The notes beneath the pieces are model-generated. The model saw only the letters and a list, made by a program, of their open reading frames with translations, searched no databases and was not told the origin of the DNA. Below, one piece after another: positions 59,122-64,000 of a stretch of DNA of 64,000 nucleotides (position 1 is the stretch's first letter; every line of letters starts with the position of its first letter). The stretch lies in the NCBI GenBank assembly GCA_903842795.1, contig CAIMNJ010000013.1:69302-133301 (forward strand), read 5' to 3'. The translations under genes were made by a program, and so were the position numbers. The DNA is from an uncultured bacterium (lineage in GTDB: Bacteria; Patescibacteriota; Microgenomatia; UBA1400; PJMF01).

Positions 59122-59557
59122 GACAAAAAATCTAAATAAGCTTATTACTTTTATTCTTTTTATTATTGTCGTTGGCGCGCTTCTTTTCCGTCAAAAAAAT
59201 CTTCAAAATGAAGTTATTAATTCGGTTAATCAAAAGCAACTTAATGAGATTTCCATTTCCACTCCTTCTGCTCAATTAGAATTCAACGCAGGTGTAGGAG
59301 AGCAGAAGCAAGCTTATGAATTTGTGGCCACTATGTCTGGCCAGAATGCTTTGGAATTGGTGCAAAGTCAAGTGAAATTAGATCTTAAAAAGTATGATTT
59401 TGGCACAATGATTGAGGGAGTAAATGGCTTAAAAGCAGATAGTAAGCATTACTGGGCTTTGTATCAGGCTGGTGATTATGCTAAAACTGGTATTACTGAG
59501 CTTAAATTGACCAAAAATGAAAAGATTGAACTCAAGTATGAAGAAATTAAACTCTAA
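59081..59557 (+). CDS. DUF4430-like secreted/anchored protein (tentative)
   Basis: N-terminal TM, C-terminal VNGLKAD...YWALYQAGDYAKTG resembles the DUF4430 fold signature. Confidence 0.4.
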   Translation: MRINSLYIRIARIMTKNLNKLITFILFIIVVGALLFRQKNLQNEVINSVNQKQLNEISISTPSAQLEFNAGVGEQKQAYEFVATMSGQNALELVQSQVKLDLKKYDFGTMIEGVNGLKADSKHYWALYQAGDYAKTGITELKLTKNEKIELKYEEIKL

Positions 59558-60032
59558 ATATCGCAATTCAGCAGTTGGAGCTTTTTTGGCTTATGTTTCC
59601 CGCTTCAATCTTCTTCCAGCCAATATATCTCCACTTGGTGCTTATGGTTTTTTTGGTGGCAATGTTTTGTTTTATTTTTTATCAATCATCGCCTTTGATT
59701 GGCTTAAGGGTGGTTTCTATCAAGGTTTCATTTGGACTTATTTAGGTTTTGCTGCCTATCCACTTTTTGCTTTTTTATCTCGCAAATCCACTAAAAGGCA
59801 GGTTTTTTTCTTACCTTTAGCTTCCTTTACTTTTTTTATTTTGTCTAATTTTGGAGTTTTTTGGCCATGGTATGAACACACCTGGCAAGGTTTGTTGACT
59901 TGTTACGCTTTGGCTTTGCCTTTTTATACCCGTACTTTGCTAAGTGATCTTGGCTTTGGTTATGGTTTTCTCTTGCTAAAAAAACTCAAAAATCTTGCTT
60001 TTTCGCACTCTTCAAGATATAATGTCCTATAA
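59517..60032 (+). CDS. integral membrane protein, hypothetical
   Basis: Five hydrophobic helices. Confidence 0.4.
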   Translation: MKRLNSSMKKLNSKYRNSAVGAFLAYVSRFNLLPANISPLGAYGFFGGNVLFYFLSIIAFDWLKGGFYQGFIWTYLGFAAYPLFAFLSRKSTKRQVFFLPLASFTFFILSNFGVFWPWYEHTWQGLLTCYALALPFYTRTLLSDLGFGYGFLLLKKLKNLAFSHSSRYNVL

Positions 60033-60040
60033 CATTTTTT

Positions 60041-60832
60041 ATGTTCAAGAAAAGAGTGGGACAAAAGCTTTATCAAAAAGCTCCCAACGAAGTTCTAGTT
60101 GCAGAAGCAAAACGCCTGAAAAGATTGGCTTTGCTTTCTTTTGCCTGTGCTATTCTTTTTTTAGTTGCTAGTAATCCATTTTTTGCGGTTGCTGGCTTAA
60201 AGAATGTTCTTTTAGCTATTCCAGAATTTATCAAAGTTCTTCCCGGTGAATCAGAAAAAACCACTTTTGCTTTTTTTGATTGGACAGAGGAACAGCTTAA
60301 TAATTCTTGGCCAATTTTTGCCAAAGAAAATACTTTAGCTGACAAAGAAGCGGGGCAGAGCGCTGTTGCTCCAACCAATTCTGATGTTGATTATGAAAAG
60401 ATACCTTTTTTTATTGAAATTCCTAGACTTAAGGTTTATGAAAAAGTGCATGCCAATGTCAATCCTAATGACGCCAAAGAATATAAAACAGCTTTAGAGG
60501 AAGGTGTGGCTCATGCTTTTGGTTCAGCTTTTCCTGGTCAAAACAAAATGATCTATATTTTTGGTCATTCGACTGATGGAGCTTGGAACGTGGAAGCTTT
60601 TAATGCTGTTTTCTATCAAATCAAAGAATTGCAAGTTGGTGATCAAATCATTTTGCATTTCGGCGAACAAAAATTCCTCTATGAAGTTCAAGCTCAGAAT
60701 ATTGTTTCTAGTGAAGAAGTAGACTTTGTAAATAATCTCAAAGACCAACCAATTTTGCTTTTGCAAACCTGTTGGCCTCCTGGCACTTCCTGGCAAAGAC
60801 TCTTTGTTACTGCCGTGCCAGTTACTCCCTAA
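60041..60832 (+). CDS. sortase-family transpeptidase
   Basis: N-terminal TM anchor; His motif IYIFGHSTDG, beta6/7 ILHFGEQKFLYEV, Cys motif LLLQTCWPPG (TLxTC-like), Arg QRLFVTAV. Confidence 0.65.
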   Translation: MFKKRVGQKLYQKAPNEVLVAEAKRLKRLALLSFACAILFLVASNPFFAVAGLKNVLLAIPEFIKVLPGESEKTTFAFFDWTEEQLNNSWPIFAKENTLADKEAGQSAVAPTNSDVDYEKIPFFIEIPRLKVYEKVHANVNPNDAKEYKTALEEGVAHAFGSAFPGQNKMIYIFGHSTDGAWNVEAFNAVFYQIKELQVGDQIILHFGEQKFLYEVQAQNIVSSEEVDFVNNLKDQPILLLQTCWPPGTSWQRLFVTAVPVTP

Positions 60833-60997
60833 AATAGTAGATACTATCCTATAGTATTGACAAATTGATATATTATGATACAATATGCTTCTTGTTTGAA
60901 ATATTTTGAGTGGTCAAAGCGACGACTCATATAAAATTTTTCAAACATTTTTAAACGCACGTTAACATGGGAAATATAGTCTAGCTAGTTCATTGAT

Positions 60998-61038
60998 AGC
61001 TCCGACTTGTGGTGGATCATCCACCCCAGATCGGAGCT
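60998..61038. promoter_or_regulatory. nested inverted repeats (outer agctccga/tcggagct; inner 15-bp palindrome ggtggatcatccacc) upstream of ORF 61063
   Basis: Seen directly; GGGGAG RBS and the ATG follow 20 nt downstream. Confidence 0.4.
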
Positions 61039-61062
61039 ATTGTTTCTCCTTTCGGGGAGTAA

Positions 61063-61374
61063 ATGAACATGCTTACACTAGTAATTAGGAGAAGTACGAT
61101 GAAAACTGCAGATTTGGAACTCTATCTTGATACCCTGTTGACCGGTGTCGAAACCGGCAATATGGAGGCGCTCCTGGAAAAAGTCCAGGCAGTCACCGCC
61201 AATGAGCACCCCAGTGATCATGAGTATGTTGAGAACCCCGACCTGCCGGGCACTTGCTTGCATTGCGGATGGATTGAGGCTGACACCCAATCCTCATGCG
61301 GATGCCCCAAGAACCTGCGCCAGCCCTCCGAAAGTCACTTTCCCATGTTAACGGCTTTCTTTAATTTATTATAA
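61063..61374 (+). CDS. hypothetical Cys/His-containing protein in a GC-rich patch
   Basis: ORF with GGGGAG RBS; CLHCGW...CGCP motif. Confidence 0.35.
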   Translation: MNMLTLVIRRSTMKTADLELYLDTLLTGVETGNMEALLEKVQAVTANEHPSDHEYVENPDLPGTCLHCGWIEADTQSSCGCPKNLRQPSESHFPMLTAFFNLL

Positions 61375-61426
61375 ATTTATCCTATAACATTGACATTTTC
61401 TAATTATAAATATATAATAAGCACTC

Positions 61427-62116
61427 ATGAAAACTAATATGAAAAAAATCGCTTCTTATTTTTTGATCATTACTGGTCTATTTTTGTTTTTTACCAATTT
61501 GGTTGATGCCAAAGAATGTACTACTGTTTACGGTGGTGGCGAAGTTTGCGAAACTGGCGAATTGAGTTTGGACAAAAAAGTTTTTAATCCTAAAGCCAAT
61601 GAATATTGGGATAATATTGATAGCAAAGACTATACTTTTGCTCCCAATGAGGAAGTAAAATTTAGCCTTCGTATCAAGAATATTTCTAATATTAAGGTCG
61701 ATAGTGCTCGCATTAATGATGATTTTGATCGTCTTGATGATTATATGGTTTTTGTCGGTAGTGACAAAGGTGACTATCGTGCTGAGGTAACTGACCACAA
61801 AGTCAAATTTGAATTTGGTGGTCTTGAACCTGGTGCCGAAGCTACTGTTTATTTTGTAGCTCGCTTCAAGCTTGAAAATCAATTGCCAGTTGGTACTACT
61901 TGTATTACCAATGCCGCTCACGCTTATTCTCATATTGATGCTGCCAGCGATAGTGATTTTGCTACCTTTTGTGTCAAAGCTAATAATGGCAAAATTGTTA
62001 CCACCAAAACTCCAGACACTGGTTTTGCTTTAAGTAACATTTTAGTGATTGAGGCTTTAGCTTTTGCTGGTCTCGGTTCTATTGCTTGGATCAAAGCTAA
62101 ATCTTTGACCAAATAA
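61427..62116 (+). CDS. cell-surface protein with DUF11-like domain and C-terminal sorting-signal-like tail (candidate sortase substrate)
   Basis: Sec signal, beta-rich domain, C-terminus KTPDTG-FALSNILVIEALAFAGLGSIAWI-KAKSLTK = motif + hydrophobic + basic tail. Confidence 0.55.
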   Translation: MKTNMKKIASYFLIITGLFLFFTNLVDAKECTTVYGGGEVCETGELSLDKKVFNPKANEYWDNIDSKDYTFAPNEEVKFSLRIKNISNIKVDSARINDDFDRLDDYMVFVGSDKGDYRAEVTDHKVKFEFGGLEPGAEATVYFVARFKLENQLPVGTTCITNAAHAYSHIDAASDSDFATFCVKANNGKIVTTKTPDTGFALSNILVIEALAFAGLGSIAWIKAKSLTK

Positions 62117-62138
62117 TTTTATTATTTATTGAATCTTT

Positions 62139-62170
62139 AACCCCGTCTCACAAGGACGGGGTTTTTGTTT
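62139..62170 (+). terminator. rho-independent terminator (aaccccgtc-tcacaag-gacggggtt + T tract)
   Basis: Perfect stem followed by tttttgtttgtttt. Confidence 0.75.
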
Positions 62171-62590
62171 GTTTTAAGAGTATTTACTTGAAGTGAATCT
62201 TGTGGTTTTTAGTCCTATAATCTTGACAAAAGAGACTATAAGTGCTATAATTTGACCTAGTTTAAAAATTAAAATCTTTTATGCAGTTCTCTGGTAGAGA
62301 ACAGGCTTTGGAATTTTTTGCTTTTTCCATTTTTGGATTGCAGCCTCTGAAGCCTTTTCTCTGCTCGAGAGAGCAGAATGGTATCTCTATGAGATATTGT
62401 CTCCAAGCGATAGCCGCTTGGTAGATGGTAATTAATCTCAAATGGGATGCAATTTAACAATTTGGAAGAGTATCGGCATTAAGTCCAGCTTTTTTGTCTG
62501 TCACTTTTTTGGTAGATAAAAAAGCTGGTCTTTAGTGCCGAAAGCGGCAAAAGACGAGTAATCTTAATCGCATGAAAGGAGAAAACTACC

Positions 62591-63172
62591 ATGCGTAAAT
62601 TCTTGTTCTTCGTAAGTCTGTTCGCCGTGATGAGCTTCGTGCTCGTCGCCTGTGGAGGCAATCAGCCGTCCACCTCTCCGCTCAGTGCCGAGGATCTGGT
62701 GGCAACGCTAACCGCGTATCCCACCAATACCTCTGTGCCCACCAGCACTCCGCTTCCTCCTACCAACACTCCGTTACCCACAGCGACATCTGTGCGCGAT
62801 ACCGGCATGCAGCTCAATACTGCGGCTGACATTCGCGTCCTTTTCGTCAAAGTGAACGGCTGGGTGAGCGGTGGCGAGGGTCAGTGGGTGGCTGGCGCTC
62901 AAGGCTCTTTGCGCAATGACCTTATCTTGAAGGACCTGCCCGAAGGGGCAACCTTTGAGTTTGAGTGTGTGCAATACCACACTCTTGGCGGCACCGTTGT
63001 CGTCAAAAAGGTCTGCCAGGGCGCAACCATCAGTTACAGCGAGATTATTCCCGCTGGATCAGTCGGCACGATGTGGCTCGATTGGTCGATTGCCCGCGAG
63101 GGTGATCAGCTGAAAGAGGGCTTTATCAATAAGCCCTGCGTCTGCCAATCTGGCGATTGCCGCAAACCGTAG
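62591..63172 (+). CDS. secreted lipoprotein (lipobox LVAC) with Pro/Thr-rich linker, in a GC-rich patch
   Basis: MRKFLFFVSLFAVMSFVLVACGG signal; GGAG RBS; visibly high GC. Confidence 0.5.
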   Translation: MRKFLFFVSLFAVMSFVLVACGGNQPSTSPLSAEDLVATLTAYPTNTSVPTSTPLPPTNTPLPTATSVRDTGMQLNTAADIRVLFVKVNGWVSGGEGQWVAGAQGSLRNDLILKDLPEGATFEFECVQYHTLGGTVVVKKVCQGATISYSEIIPAGSVGTMWLDWSIAREGDQLKEGFINKPCVCQSGDCRKP

Positions 63173-63297
63173 TAATACGGCGCGCTGAGCTCTTCCTAAT
63201 TGTTGTCCAGCCCGGTCGAAGACCTGGCTGGCAACCCAAAGCTTTTGATTTTTAAATTATCTTCGAAATCTTTGAGTTGCCAAATTTCAAAAGAAAT

Positions 63298-64000
63298 ATG
63301 CAGAAAAATAACCTAAAAACTTTGCTAAAAAGTTTTAATAAGGCTAATACTATCTTAGTTATTTCCAAATACCCTTATCAAAATGTGGGAGAATCTTTTC
63401 ATGGCGTCGCTGTTTACACTAGAGATACTATTGAATTAATTGTCAAAAAAACTAAACAAAAATTTGTGGTTTTGGTGGAAAAAAAATATGGTCGTGAGAT
63501 GGAATTAAGAGCCAATGGTTCTGTTCTAATCTTGCCAGTTTTTGGCGATAATCCTGTTTCAGTTTTTGGTGAATTGTTAACTGCACTTAAGAATTTTAAT
63601 CGTGTCAAAAACATTCAATTACATTCTGAATTTTATAACTCTGGTAATTTGATGCAGATGTCTTTGCTTTTGCCTTTTTTGTATCTTTTGCGCTTGCAGG
63701 GCAAAATTGTGAGTTTTGTGGCGCATAATGTGGTTCATGATTTTTCTTTTTTGACTAATCATTTGGGCAAAGAAGAAAATGATTGGCGTTTTAATTTGTT
63801 ATCGAAGATTATTCCATGGTATTACCGCTTTTTATCTTTTGGGGTAGAGCAATTTATTACTTTGGATGAGAGTATTAGGGAGCGTTTGAGTTCTTATTTG
63901 TGGCAAAAAAATAAGGTCAAAAATACTTCTATTTGGTTAAAAAATAAATCAATTTCACATCAAGAAAAAGTAATCGCTCGTCGTCGTTTGGCTTTGAGTA
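63298..64000 (+). CDS. glycosyltransferase-like protein (GT4-like N-terminal domain?), 3'-truncated by window end
   Basis: Open reading frame with no stop to the window end; absent from the ORF track because it is incomplete. Confidence 0.3.
   Translation, partial: MQKNNLKTLLKSFNKANTILVISKYPYQNVGESFHGVAVYTRDTIELIVKKTKQKFVVLVEKKYGREMELRANGSVLILPVFGDNPVSVFGELLTALKNFNRVKNIQLHSEFYNSGNLMQMSLLLPFLYLLRLQGKIVSFVAHNVVHDFSFLTNHLGKEENDWRFNLLSKIIPWYYRFLSFGVEQFITLDESIRERLSSYLWQKNKVKNTSIWLKNKSISHQEKVIARRRLALS

Noticed and set aside
1-64000. CRISPR arrays / cas genes
   Set aside because: No regularly spaced direct repeats were seen. The only tandem repeat (12158-12267) has just two units and no spacer-like unique inserts.

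Overview
This is a low-GC bacterial chromosomal segment (by eye roughly 35-40% GC) with short, tightly packed genes. It carries housekeeping genes (queA, a RluB/RsuA-type pseudouridine synthase, typA/bipA, rarA, an LCP-family protein, a SpoU methyltransferase, an EamA transporter) and two-component systems. A complete type IV pilus cluster (PilB, PilC, five prepilin-like proteins) sits next to two CheY-like regulators and multi-PAS sensor kinases. A sortase gene lies beside a candidate substrate with a non-canonical sorting signal. Together with a GT39-type glycosyltransferase, this repertoire looks like small-genome Gram-positive-like or CPR/Patescibacteria-type lineages; that is inference only.

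The most striking accessory region is a roughly 14 kb island immediately downstream of a tRNA-Arg/tRNA-Ser pair (about 12.5-26.7 kb). It carries a large serine recombinase, phage terminase large and small subunits with no structural genes, and a phage-type ParB-N/DNA methyltransferase fusion. It also holds a type I restriction-modification system with a compact HsdR-like protein and a fused HsdM-HsdS polypeptide, and a DUF2779-like PD-(D/E)xK nuclease. Transcribed divergently from that nuclease is a 315-aa FtsK paralogue with the KOPS-reading gamma domain moved to its N-terminus and degenerate Walker A and B motifs.

A second pattern runs through the window. At least six short GC-rich patches (visibly around 50-60% GC) each carry a single small ORF, four with lipobox signals and each bounded by GC-rich hairpins: around 31.4, 38.2, 53.1, 56.9, 61.1 and 62.6 kb. 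These look like mosaic, horizontally acquired single-gene cassettes.

Also present are an IS1595-family transposase, a replication-relaxation protein, a +1 frameshift splitting a sensor kinase gene, a thiamine-pyrophosphate decarboxylase of the phosphonopyruvate/sulfopyruvate family with no recognisable PEP mutase partner, and a tandem 60-bp hairpin repeat downstream of rarA. No CRISPR array and no rRNA were seen.
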